From Desulfobacterales bacterium (GTDB lineage: Bacteria; Desulfobacterota; Desulfobacteria; Desulfobacterales; RPRI01), in NCBI GenBank assembly GCA_046485065.1, contig JAWOHP010000108.1, forward strand, positions 992 to 64,991: a stretch of DNA of 64,000 nt, written 5' to 3'. The notes under the pieces are model-generated. The model was not told where the DNA came from, did not search any database, and was given only the letters and a program-made list of their open reading frames with translations. The translations under genes and the position numbers were made by a program. Positions 35,409 to 45,050 of this stretch are shown here, in pieces; position 1 is the first letter of the stretch; each line of letters begins with the position of its first letter.

Positions 35409-35442
35409 AGGATTCAAGGGGTCAAGGGTTCGAGGATTCAAA
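35409..35442. repeat. GGATTCAAG-type tandem array
   Basis: AGGATTCAAGGGGTCAAGGGTTCGAGGATTCAAA, immediately after the mrp stop. Confidence 0.65.
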
Positions 35443-35547
35443 TGAAAAGAAAGCCCGTCAGAGCTTTAGAAAAAAACACTCGACTCCTTGAACCGAAACA
35501 GCGAGCGCATTCCCCGTCCGCTCTGCGACGGGGAGCTTCAATCCTTC

Positions 35548-35724
35548 TTATGCTTTATCCTCAGATTTGTTGTTTTTTTCCGAATACCATATCGGGCAGG
35601 ACTGGCGGAATTTGCAATAAATGGTCGGATCGGTGCAGTGCATGCATTCTTCACACATATAGACACCGTGTTTCATACAGGAATAGCTTGTAAGCCTGTC
35701 TTTATGGTTAACACATTTTTCCAA
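35548..35724 (-). CDS. Candidate small Cys-rich (B-box-like zinc finger) protein, 58 aa, below the track length cutoff
   Basis: Own translation of the minus strand: (TTG)M-EKCVNHKDRLTSYSCMKHGVYMCEECMHCTDPTIYCKFRQSCPIWYSEKNNKSEDKA-stop. C-x2-H...C...C-x2-C-x2-C pattern, with AGGAATAAGG upstream of the TTG. No homology check was possible. Confidence 0.4.
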   Translation of the reverse strand: MEKCVNHKDRLTSYSCMKHGVYMCEECMHCTDPTIYCKFRQSCPIWYSEKNNKSEDKA

Positions 35725-35883
35725 CCTTATTCCTTTCCTGTTAATTTCTGATCAATCACATACCAAAACGGAATATATTTATGACATTTACTATAGCTGT
35801 TGCAACCAGGTGTTGTTATATTGTAATAATAAACACAGGTAAACATTATTCTCAAACCATTATTATAACCGGCGGAGCTGATT

Positions 35884-37461
35884 GTGACTTTTCACGGGAT
35901 TAAAACCAATATTGCCATTAAACTTGTAATCCTTCTGGCCGTTGCTATGCTTCTCGTTGATATAATAATGATTATCACAGCGCAAAGAGATTATGTGCAA
36001 TCCGCCATTTCAAAAGGAAATCTTCTTGCTGATGACATAAAGAAACATCTGATAAAAAATCCTGACTCCGGTAGTTTGGTTCTGCAACCCGATTACAATG
36101 AAAATCTGGGCATAATTCTTAATATGGCCGGCTTTTCCTGCGTCGTAATACAGGATGAAAATTCGAATGTAATATATCCGGATAATCCGGTCTGCCCTTT
36201 GTTTAATGAAGTCAGGGTTACTACAAAAGAGTCGATCGAATCTTCAAGAAAAATAATACGACTTACAGGAACTGCATGGGGAGTTTTCTGGATGCAGAAT
36301 CGTTATCTTGTTGTTTCGGTCCCTCTGCTTATAAACGGTCATACTGAAGCCGGAGTCGGCATTATCATGGAGCTTGAAGGTATATATAGAATCTTAAGAC
36401 AGACACAAAAGGTTCTATTCGTTTATTCCGTTATCAATCTGTTTGTACTCACATTAATAGGGCTCTTACTTATTTCAAATATTGCAGTTAAACCGATTCA
36501 AAAAATTGTCAGGAGGGCTGAAGAGTTTAGGGATGAGGGTGACTTCTTTTTTTTATACGGAAGACAGGACAATGAGTTTGACAGGCTGTCGAAAGCTTTA
36601 AACCGGCTGCTGAAAAGAGTTTCTGAAGACAAGGAGAAACTCATGGCAACCATAAGATCTCTTGAGAAGGCGAACATTGACTTAAAGCAGGCGCAAAAAG
36701 AAGTTGTCATGGCGGAAAAGCTGGCTTCTGTAGGAAGGCTATCTTCCGGGATTGCACATGAAGTCGGAAACCCCATCGGAATCATTATAGGCTATCTTGA
36801 GCTTTTAAAGCAAAAAAATATAACCGATGATGAAAAAAATGAATATATTAAAAGAGCTGAAAACGAGATTAACAGGGTAAACGGCATAATAAGGCAGCTT
36901 CTTGATTTCTCAAAACCGTCCGAGGGAAAAATGGAAATTGTAAGTGCACATGAAGTAATTGAAGATGTTGCCGAGATTGTCAGGTTCCAGTCTTTTATGT
37001 CCTGTATCGATTTAAAAACAGCTCTTGAAGCGGAAAAAGACAGGGTGCTGTCAGATCCGAATCAATTAAAACAGATATTTTTAAATCTTATTATAAATGC
37101 AGCCGATGCGATTTCATCATCTGAAAATAAACTTCAAGGCAAGTTATTGATTAAGAGTGAAGTAGTTCCCGATCCGGATAATGAGTCGATAAATTCCAAT
37201 AATTTTTTAAAAATGTCATTTATCGATAACGGTTTGGGGATTCCCGAGGAAAGCATAGGCGATATATTTGATCCATTTTATACAACAAAGGAACCCGGAA
37301 AAGGAACGGGACTTGGATTATTCGTAAGTTTTGCGCTTCTTGATGGCATGGGGGGGGAAATTAAAGCCCAGAGTGTTGATGGAGAAGGCACTACCATGTC
37401 TGTATATCTTCCTCTTAATAATGAGACTGTTGAAGGACAACATCCTAACGAGAATATTTAA
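35884..37461 (+). CDS. Membrane sensor histidine kinase (2 TM, HAMP-like, HisKA, HATPase)
   Basis: Hydrophobic segments near the N-terminus and around residue 190. H-box GIAHEVGNP, N-box ..NLIINAADA.., G-boxes DNGLGI and GTGLGL. GTG start. Confidence 0.88.
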   Translation: MTFHGIKTNIAIKLVILLAVAMLLVDIIMIITAQRDYVQSAISKGNLLADDIKKHLIKNPDSGSLVLQPDYNENLGIILNMAGFSCVVIQDENSNVIYPDNPVCPLFNEVRVTTKESIESSRKIIRLTGTAWGVFWMQNRYLVVSVPLLINGHTEAGVGIIMELEGIYRILRQTQKVLFVYSVINLFVLTLIGLLLISNIAVKPIQKIVRRAEEFRDEGDFFFLYGRQDNEFDRLSKALNRLLKRVSEDKEKLMATIRSLEKANIDLKQAQKEVVMAEKLASVGRLSSGIAHEVGNPIGIIIGYLELLKQKNITDDEKNEYIKRAENEINRVNGIIRQLLDFSKPSEGKMEIVSAHEVIEDVAEIVRFQSFMSCIDLKTALEAEKDRVLSDPNQLKQIFLNLIINAADAISSSENKLQGKLLIKSEVVPDPDNESINSNNFLKMSFIDNGLGIPEESIGDIFDPFYTTKEPGKGTGLGLFVSFALLDGMGGEIKAQSVDGEGTTMSVYLPLNNETVEGQHPNENI

Positions 37462-37477
37462 CAGGATTAACCGGTAC

Positions 37478-38863
37478 ATGGAAAATAAAAACTATAAAAA
37501 GAAGCTTCTTGTAATTGATGATGAAGAGAATATGCGTCACATGCTGACTGCAATGCTGAAAAAATCCGGTTATGTTGTCGATACTGCTGTGGATGGATTG
37601 GAAGGGCTCCGCATGATTGATAAAGAAAGGTATGATTTTATCCTTTGCGATATAAAAATGCCTAATATGAACGGGATCGATTTTCTGAAAGCAGCGAGGA
37701 ACAAAACAGGTTCGACAACAGTAATAATGATGTCCGCCTACGGCACCATAGATACCGCTATAGAAGCCATGAAGGAGGGGGCATACGATTACATATCAAA
37801 GCCGTTCAAGGCTGATGAAGTATTTCTTGCATTAAAGAAAGCCGAGGAGAGAGAAAGTTTAAAAAGAGAGAACCTTTATCTTCAGGAACAGATAAGAAAA
37901 ATAGAGGAGAAGTATTCTTTCGGCAGGATGGTTGCAAAAAGCAGGAGCATGCTGTCTGTTTTTAATCTTTCTGCTAAAGCCGCCCAGTATGATACTACTG
38001 TATTGATATCCGGTGAAAGCGGAACTGGTAAAGAGCTTATTGCTAAAGGGATTCATTTCAGTGGGTTGCGTGCAAAGAAAACTTTTGTTCCGGTAAACTG
38101 CGGCGGAATCCCTGAAAATCTGCTTGAGAGCGAGCTTTTTGGATATAAAAAAGGAGCTTTTACAGGAGCCGAAAAAGATAAGAAAGGCCTTTTTGAGGAA
38201 GCAGACGGCGGAACCATTTTTCTTGATGAGATAGGAGAACTCCCCCTTTCTTTACAGGTAAAAATCCTGCGTGTTTTACAAGAAAACGAAATAAGGGCGG
38301 TTGGGGATTCAAAGACGAAAAAAATTAATGTACGGGTTATAGCCGCCACATCGAAATATCTTGAAGATGAAATCAAAAATTCTGCTTTTCGCCAGGATCT
38401 TTATTATAGGCTTAACGTTTTTACAATAAAATTGCCGCCTTTAAGAGAACGAATGGAAGATATTCCTTTATTATGTGAATATTTCATAAACCGGTTCAAT
38501 ACTAAATTTGGGAAAAAAATCAATGAGATATCTTCTGCTGCCATGGCATGCTTGTTGAAGCATGACTGGCCCGGTAATGTCAGGGAGCTTGAAAACATAA
38601 TTGAAAGGGCAGTCGTGCTGGCAGAAGGGACTGTTCTTTTGCCTGAAAATTTTTTTCCTGAACCGGTGGTGAAATCATGCACAGAAAACGGTGATGTCTA
38701 CGGAGGATATTCATTAAAAGCGGCGCAGATTGCCATTGAAAAAAAGTTAATCGAAAAAGCTCTCATTGCAACAGGAGGCAACAGAACAAAAGCAGCCCAC
38801 CTTCTTGAAATAAGCCATCCGTCACTTCTGAGTAAAATAAAGACTTATAATATCAAGCTTTGA
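37478..38863 (+). CDS. Sigma-54-dependent response regulator (NtrC/AtoC family)
   Basis: REC (KLLVIDDE..DFILCDIKMP), Walker A GESGTGKE, GAFTGA, ..FLDEIGE.., C-terminal HTH ..NRTKAAHLLEISHPSLLSKI... The start was moved to the ATG at 37478 (MENKNYKKK). The track extension overlaps the kinase gene. Confidence 0.92.
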   Translation: MENKNYKKKLLVIDDEENMRHMLTAMLKKSGYVVDTAVDGLEGLRMIDKERYDFILCDIKMPNMNGIDFLKAARNKTGSTTVIMMSAYGTIDTAIEAMKEGAYDYISKPFKADEVFLALKKAEERESLKRENLYLQEQIRKIEEKYSFGRMVAKSRSMLSVFNLSAKAAQYDTTVLISGESGTGKELIAKGIHFSGLRAKKTFVPVNCGGIPENLLESELFGYKKGAFTGAEKDKKGLFEEADGGTIFLDEIGELPLSLQVKILRVLQENEIRAVGDSKTKKINVRVIAATSKYLEDEIKNSAFRQDLYYRLNVFTIKLPPLRERMEDIPLLCEYFINRFNTKFGKKINEISSAAMACLLKHDWPGNVRELENIIERAVVLAEGTVLLPENFFPEPVVKSCTENGDVYGGYSLKAAQIAIEKKLIEKALIATGGNRTKAAHLLEISHPSLLSKIKTYNIKL

Positions 38864-39001
38864 ATTATGGCGGGCCATCATTACTTAAGGTCATGAGGGC
38901 TATGATACCTTTATTTTGCTTGAGGCCTGAGGCGATTACCAGGAGAACCTACCTGATACGCCCCAGGCAAAAAACAATGCAGCTATTTGATATTATATCT
39001 T

Positions 39002-39286
39002 TCAACCCTCGGCGTTTATTTTGTCCCTCAACTTGCCTGAACATTTGAAGGTAACCACTTTTCTTTCCCGGAGAAGAAGATCGGAACCGGTGGCCGGATT
39101 TCTGCCTCTTCTTTGATTTTTATTCTTGACACAGAATTTTCCAAAACCGGAGATCAGAACATCGTCACTTTTCTCAAGATTTTTTTTAATAATTTCAAGT
39201 AGCGACTCAATGATCTCGACCGATTTCTTCTTCGTAAAGCCAAGTTCATGTACCCGAGCAACAATGTCATTTTTAGTTAACGCCAT
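39002..39286 (-). CDS. IHF/HU-family DNA-bending protein (IHF alpha-like)
   Basis: ..ISGFGKFCVKNKNQRRGRNPATGSDLLLRERKVVTFKCSGKL.. is the typical IHF/HU beta-arm. Confidence 0.85.
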   Translation of the reverse strand: MALTKNDIVARVHELGFTKKKSVEIIESLLEIIKKNLEKSDDVLISGFGKFCVKNKNQRRGRNPATGSDLLLRERKVVTFKCSGKLRDKINAEG

Positions 39287-39549
39287 GGCACCTCCTAATA
39301 ATCATATTTCCTTGCAGATAGATTTAAATAAATTTTATATTCCCCAGTTATAAATAATAGCCGTAATGCATGCCATTGTTATTCCTGATTTATATCATCC
39401 CTTTCAGGAGGCATAGAACTTTCAATTTTTTCAATTATATTATCAATCTTTATTAATATCTCGTCCATTTCGGCTTTCAATTTTGCATCTTCTTCGGAAT
39501 CATTCATCTTAAAACTACCCTGACTATATGCAAACCGGCAATAAAATCT

Positions 39550-39888
39550 TTAAAGAGGATATGTACCGTGATTGTAAATATAATCGAAATAATATCCATT
39601 ATATTCCATGCGTTCGGAAATTTGATCGTTGTTGATATTATTGGTTCCCATTTTATTAAAAAGATTATTCAACCATAAATCCTTTGCATGTTCATAAAGT
39701 ACTTTCTTGAGGGTACGTGGATTATCGACTATTTCTCTGTTATTTTGTAAAAAAATATCAGTTGAATCCATAAGTGATTTTATGTTCCGAATGTATTCAG
39801 TATCGTCAAGATTATATTCAATAAAAAGGTGGAAAAGACCGTCAATTATGGTTTTGGCTGTTCCTTCAACAGCATCTATGCAATTCAT
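39550..39888 (-). CDS. Hypothetical protein (no recognisable family)
   Basis: 112-aa ORF with an AGGAA SD in an AT-rich segment next to tRNA-Thr. Asn/Ile/Tyr-rich composition. Confidence 0.4.
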   Translation of the reverse strand: MNCIDAVEGTAKTIIDGLFHLFIEYNLDDTEYIRNIKSLMDSTDIFLQNNREIVDNPRTLKKVLYEHAKDLWLNNLFNKMGTNNINNDQISERMEYNGYYFDYIYNHGTYPL

Positions 39889-40408
39889 TAAATTCCTGTT
39901 TTCAAATTCCGAGCCAGCATACGCTTTGTTATATATATCACAGATTACAAAACTATGTAAGTAGTTAAAATATACGGATATTGAGTGTATGTCAAGAAAT
40001 TAAAGAAAGAAAATTTCAGAAATTGTTCGGACATGATATATAATGAAATTATATTATATCAATATGTTATAGTTAGTTAACATTTCTTGATTCGTAAGCC
40101 TCCGGTAAAAATGGTAAAAAAAACATTTTAAGGCAATTGGTTGATACCGGACAAACAAGGTTGCACAATGGCATAATATGGAATAAAAATATGTCATATT
40201 AAGGATCTCATTTAGAGATCTCTAAACCAAAGCAGCGAGAGATTCTCACTGCTTGTGGCGAAGAGCTTCAATAACTCACTTTCGCCACAATCTAAAATGG
40301 AATTTAGTCAGATGTTATGCAAAGGGTTCATTCGGCATAACATTTTTTGCTATAGACTTATATAATATAGAAGGATTTCCAAAAAGATGGGGAGCCCTTG
40401 AAAATTAA

Positions 40409-40484
40409 TGGAGCCGACGGGCGGAGTTGAACCGCCTACCAGCTGATTACGAATCAGCTGCTCTACCAAGTGAGCTACGCCGGC
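40409..40484 (-). tRNA. tRNA-Thr (anticodon CGU)
   Basis: The reverse complement folds as GCCGGCG-TA-GCTC-ACTTGGTA-GAGC-A-GCTGA-TTCGTAA-TCAGC-TGGTA-GGCGG-TTCAACT-CCGCC-CGTCGGC-T-CCA. 76 nt, with an encoded CCA. Confidence 0.93.
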
Positions 40485-40514
40485 ATATCACAGGTCAAAA
40501 TAGGTACTTTGTTT

Positions 40515-43500
40515 ATGTATCAAAATCAAGAGAAAAATTATTCTTTCGATTCTCTTTATGAGTATATTAGCACGAGAGAAAAAACTGCAAACCTTACAGG
40601 ATTGTCCGACTCAGAAAAAGCATTCATTATATCGAAATACTATCTTAAATGCAGGTTGCCTGTTGTAGTTGTTTTGCCTTCAGTAAAGGAGGGAGAGCGT
40701 TTTATACAGGATCTGATTTTCTTTTCGACCGGGCATATGATTCCTGTGCTGCTTTTCCCGCCGTATAATGACTATCCGTTTAAATTTTTCTCTTATCAAA
40801 ATGAAACTGCTGCGACTCGAATAAACACGCTGTACAAGATTGCGGTAAATGATATTCCGCCAGTAATCGTTACAACTCCGGAAGCTCTTTTTCAGAAGCT
40901 GATTCCAAAACAGAAATTGTTGGATTTTGCCGAACTGGTGATGGAGGGGGAAGAAACGGACAGGGAACGATTCCTTCAGAAGCTGGTTTCGGGTGGATAT
41001 TCCAGATCAATGATAGTTGAAGAGTCAGGAGATTACTGTGTAAGGGGTGGAATTATAGATATCTTTGCACCTTCTTATCCTGATCCGCTGAGAATTGAGT
41101 TTTTGGGCGATTTGGTGGAGTCGATAAGATTTTTTTCCGCATCAAGCCAGAGAACCTTAACAAATATAGCCGAGGCAGTTATACTCCCTGCAAGGGAGGC
41201 TATTTATAAAAACGAGGATCTTGATTTTATAATAAGCAGGATAAGAGAGCAGGCTTCGAGGATTGATATTCCTGTTACAACAGTCAGAGATTTAATTGAC
41301 AGAATAAAAAGAGAAGGTGTGCTCCCTGGTATTGAAAATCTTATTCCGCTTGTTTATTCAAAACCCGATTCTTTCTTCGATTATCTCGCTGAAAACACTC
41401 TTTTTGTACAGGATGAACCCGAACAGCTTCAAAAGGAGGCGGAAGAAATTGAGAGGCGGGAATTAAAAAATTACATTTCTGCCTGTGCGGATCGCAGGCT
41501 GTGTGTTGAACCCGGAATCCTGTATCTTGCCTGGGCGAATATACGTGAATTAATAAACTCAAAGAAAGCTATAAATTTCCGGGCTCTCAAAATTGTCTGC
41601 GAAGATGAAGAGAAAAACGGGCACTGTTTACAATGCGATTATTTTATAAAAAATAATAATTTGCTGATTCAGGAAATTAAGCATCGCATAGAAAAAGATA
41701 ATCACCTTCTGCCACTTGCCGACTGGATAAATGAAAATAAAAATTCCAATTACATTACTCTTGTTGTTTGCAGCACAAAATCTCAATCCGAAAGGATAAG
41801 GTCTCTTTTAACGCCTTACGGGATTCAAATGGAAACAAAAAAGGGATTTACCGATGCTTCCCGTGGGAAGGGGAGTGTTTTTATCTGTCTCGGCCGTATT
41901 TCTTCAGGATTTGTCTGGCCTGAAGAATCATTAGCCATAATAACCGAAGATGAAATATTTGGAACAAAACGCAGCAGAAGAAGGGATTCGGCAAGGAAAA
42001 CGGTTTCCCAGATTCTCTCCTTTGAAGACTTGAAAAAAATGGATCTTGTTGTGCATGATGATCATGGAATAGGTCAGTATGAAGGGCTTGTAAAGCTGAA
42101 ACTGAACGGTTCGACAAATGATTTTCTGCTGATAGTATATAAGGATGGTGATAAACTCTACCTTCCTGTTGAAAGAATGAACGTAGTTCATAAGTATATG
42201 GGTATTGATGGTTTGGAGCCTGCTCTTGACAGGATGGGTGGAAAGTCCTGGGATAAAATAAAAGAAAGAGTAAAAAAATCTGCTGAAAAAATTGCCGCGG
42301 AACTCCTTGAACTATACGCACTTAGAAAAGTCAGTGATGGATATGGATATGGAATGCCGGACAGCCATTTTAAAGATTTTGAGGCTGGTTTCACATACGA
42401 AGAAACGCCGGACCAGCTTAATGCAATAGATGATGTCTTGAGTGACATGGAACGGCCGGTGCCTATGGACAGGCTTGTTTGCGGAGATGTAGGCTACGGC
42501 AAAACAGAGGTGGCTTTAAGAGCATCCTTTCTTGCGGTCAATTCAGGCAAGCAGGTTGCAGTGCTGGTTCCGACAACAGTTCTTGCAGAACAGCATTTTG
42601 CGACTTTTAACTTACGGTTTGAGCGGTATCCGGTAAATATCGCATGCCTTAGCAGGTTCAGGTCGGTCCGGGATCAAAAAAAAATAATTTCCGATCTTGA
42701 ATCCGGTAAGATTGATATTGTTATAGGAACCCACAGGCTTCTCCAGAAGGATATTGTTTTTAAAGATCTAGGACTTGTTGTGCTTGATGAGGAACAGCGT
42801 TTTGGAGTCAAGCACAAGGAGAAGCTTAAAAAAATTAGAAATACCATAGATGTTCTTGCTCTTACCGCAACACCGATTCCACGAACATTGCACATGTCTT
42901 TAATGGGTGTGCGTGATATCAGTATAATTTCAACTCCTCCGGAACACCGGCAGTCTATAATTACATATGTTTCAGAATTAGATGATGCTATTGTTGCCGG
43001 AGCGATAAGAAAAGAGTTGAGCAGAAACGGCCAGATCTTTTTTGTTCACAACAATATTTATACGATTGAGAAGATTTCCCGTAAGTTGAAAGAGCTTGTA
43101 CCTGAGGCAAGGATAGATACTGCTCACGGACGTCTGGATGATGAGGAGCTCGAAAATGTTATGTACAAGTTCATGAAAAAAGAAATTGATATGCTTGTCT
43201 GCACAACAATTATCGAATCCGGACTTGATATCCCTTCGGCAAACACCATACTGGTAAATAGAGCCGATAAACTGGGACTGGCCCAGATCTATCAGTTGCG
43301 AGGAAGAGTCGGGAGGGCAGATGAGCAGGCTTACGCTTATCTCTTTATTCCGAAAGAAAGTACCATCACAAAGGATGCTCAAAAAAGATTAAAAGTGTTG
43401 ATGGAACACAGCGATCTTGGTTCAGGATTTCAGATTGCGATGAGCGACTTGAGAATCCGAGGCGGTGGAACGATACTGGGAGCTTCCCAGTCCGGACATA

Positions 43501-44036
43501 TAGCTGCCGTTGGGTACGAAATGTTTCTCAAGTTAATGGAAAATGCCATATCCGAGCTAAAAGGAGAACCTGTTCAAAAAACTCTGGATCCGGAGATAAA
43601 TGTTTCAATATCAGCTTATCTTCCCGAATCATATATGCCTGATATCGATCAGCGCCTGACATCTTACCGGCGTCTGGCAAAGATGACGGAAATTAAGGAG
43701 GTAGCCGACTTTAAATCGGAACTTACAGATCGTTTCGGAGCCCTGCCGGAAGAAGCATCCAATCTTCTTGTAAAAATTATGCTGAAGATATTGTCTCAAA
43801 AAGCTGGTGTTAAACGCCTCGATATAAGGGATCAGCAACTTTTACTTCATTTTGCCGAACCGTCTTATATTAATAACCCTTCAGGTATAATAGATATGAT
43901 TGTCTCAGATACAAACAGGTTTGAATTTACTACGGAACATGTCTTGAAAGTAAAACTCCCGAAACAAAGCATTGCAGGACATATTATGAAAGCCAAAAAT
44001 ATCTTGAAAGAAATTATCCAACGTGTTAACTGTTGA
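40515..44036 (+). CDS. mfd: Transcription-repair coupling factor
   Basis: GDVGYGKTEVA (Walker A), LVPTTVLAEQH, DEEQRFGV, ..QLRGRVGR... The start was moved to the ATG at 40515 because the track start at 40470 overlaps the tRNA gene. Confidence 0.93.
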   Translation: MYQNQEKNYSFDSLYEYISTREKTANLTGLSDSEKAFIISKYYLKCRLPVVVVLPSVKEGERFIQDLIFFSTGHMIPVLLFPPYNDYPFKFFSYQNETAATRINTLYKIAVNDIPPVIVTTPEALFQKLIPKQKLLDFAELVMEGEETDRERFLQKLVSGGYSRSMIVEESGDYCVRGGIIDIFAPSYPDPLRIEFLGDLVESIRFFSASSQRTLTNIAEAVILPAREAIYKNEDLDFIISRIREQASRIDIPVTTVRDLIDRIKREGVLPGIENLIPLVYSKPDSFFDYLAENTLFVQDEPEQLQKEAEEIERRELKNYISACADRRLCVEPGILYLAWANIRELINSKKAINFRALKIVCEDEEKNGHCLQCDYFIKNNNLLIQEIKHRIEKDNHLLPLADWINENKNSNYITLVVCSTKSQSERIRSLLTPYGIQMETKKGFTDASRGKGSVFICLGRISSGFVWPEESLAIITEDEIFGTKRSRRRDSARKTVSQILSFEDLKKMDLVVHDDHGIGQYEGLVKLKLNGSTNDFLLIVYKDGDKLYLPVERMNVVHKYMGIDGLEPALDRMGGKSWDKIKERVKKSAEKIAAELLELYALRKVSDGYGYGMPDSHFKDFEAGFTYEETPDQLNAIDDVLSDMERPVPMDRLVCGDVGYGKTEVALRASFLAVNSGKQVAVLVPTTVLAEQHFATFNLRFERYPVNIACLSRFRSVRDQKKIISDLESGKIDIVIGTHRLLQKDIVFKDLGLVVLDEEQRFGVKHKEKLKKIRNTIDVLALTATPIPRTLHMSLMGVRDISIISTPPEHRQSIITYVSELDDAIVAGAIRKELSRNGQIFFVHNNIYTIEKISRKLKELVPEARIDTAHGRLDDEELENVMYKFMKKEIDMLVCTTIIESGLDIPSANTILVNRADKLGLAQIYQLRGRVGRADEQAYAYLFIPKESTITKDAQKRLKVLMEHSDLGSGFQIAMSDLRIRGGGTILGASQSGHIAAVGYEMFLKLMENAISELKGEPVQKTLDPEINVSISAYLPESYMPDIDQRLTSYRRLAKMTEIKEVADFKSELTDRFGALPEEASNLLVKIMLKILSQKAGVKRLDIRDQQLLLHFAEPSYINNPSGIIDMIVSDTNRFEFTTEHVLKVKLPKQSIAGHIMKAKNILKEIIQRVNC

Positions 44037-44227
44037 ATACTTATCTATAAAATATTGCAGGAAATTCCGGCTATTAAGAGCTTTAAAAAGAAGCGTGCTT
44101 TTGAAACTTTATGATGGATTCATCTTCAATCTGCAATCCTGTTTCACGAATTGGGAATTTAACAAGAAGAGGATGAAATACGGCACGGTATAATGACCTT
44201 TTACGATACCATCAATATTTGATAATC

Positions 44228-44947
44228 ATGATATATTTTAAAGCATATAAGCGTTTTACTACCGGAGAAACTTGCTGCACGGTGATATTTGCAGGTTGCG
44301 CTTTATTGACAGTGTTGATACTTTCAGGCTGTTCCAGGACAGAATCCTTTCGGGGCGATGAATATCTCGTAAAAGTTCAAGGAAGTGTTTTAATGGCGCT
44401 CGACTTTCAAAGAGAATTTGAAATAACCAAGTCCGCTTATTCATATCATGGTATTGAACAGGATGATACCCTTAAAAGTGATGCAAAAAAACAATTATTA
44501 AATCAAATGATTGAGGAATTAGTTATAATTGAAAGGTCTAAAGAGCTGAATATTGCAGTTACTGATTCAGAGCTTGAAGAGAATGTTAGGAGAATTAAAG
44601 AGGATTACCCTGAAAATGAGTTTGAAAACATGCTTCTAGAGTATGCAATTTCTTACGACATGTGGGAGAAAAGATTAAGAAAGCGCCTTCTTATTGAGAA
44701 AGTTATTGTTGAAGATCTCAAAAATAATATCCAGATAACACCCGGTGATTTATCAAAGTATTATAGTGAATACGTTAAAAACGATTCCTATGGCAAATTG
44801 GCTAATGAGCCGACAACTGAAACAATTGTGAAAAATCTGCGCAATTTAAAAGCTGAAGCGGCTTACAAAGCATGGTTTGAAGGATTGCAGAAAAAATATA
44901 AGATAGAAATAAATCATAAACAATGGGAAAAAATACTGTCTTCGTAA
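44228..44947 (+). CDS. SurA-N-domain lipoprotein (chaperone-like, no PPIase domain seen)
   Basis: Lipobox ..LILSGC.., then SurA_N-like ..LLNQMIEELVIIERSKELNI... The start codon is uncertain (TTG 44219 or ATG 44228). Confidence 0.6.
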   Translation: MIYFKAYKRFTTGETCCTVIFAGCALLTVLILSGCSRTESFRGDEYLVKVQGSVLMALDFQREFEITKSAYSYHGIEQDDTLKSDAKKQLLNQMIEELVIIERSKELNIAVTDSELEENVRRIKEDYPENEFENMLLEYAISYDMWEKRLRKRLLIEKVIVEDLKNNIQITPGDLSKYYSEYVKNDSYGKLANEPTTETIVKNLRNLKAEAAYKAWFEGLQKKYKIEINHKQWEKILSS

Positions 44948-45050
44948 AGTGATAGCATATTATTCCTTTAAAGTATAGTTGCCGTAACAGCAAAGAACAA
45001 AACTATTGGTGAAGATATTAACCTGATCATTATGGAGAAAAAAATATAAA

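Noticed and set aside
35400-35751. Plus-strand ORFs 35400..35693 and 35488..35751.
   Set aside because: The first starts inside the GGATTCAAG tandem array and overlaps the mrp stop. Neither has an SD or a recognisable motif. The minus strand offers a more gene-like Cys-rich small ORF, itself given only moderate confidence.
38864-39001. Hairpin GCCTGAGGCG...CGCCCCAGGC between the response-regulator gene and the IHF-like gene, considered as a shared terminator. Also the ORF 38860..39048(+).
   Set aside because: The U-run is on the wrong side for both transcription directions and the loop is 24 nt. The ORF has no SD or motif and overlaps the IHF gene's 3' end.
40470-40514. The track's N-terminal extension of mfd.
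   Set aside because: The first 15 codons would overlap the minus-strand tRNA-Thr gene. The in-frame ATG at 40515 gives a normal Mfd N-terminus.
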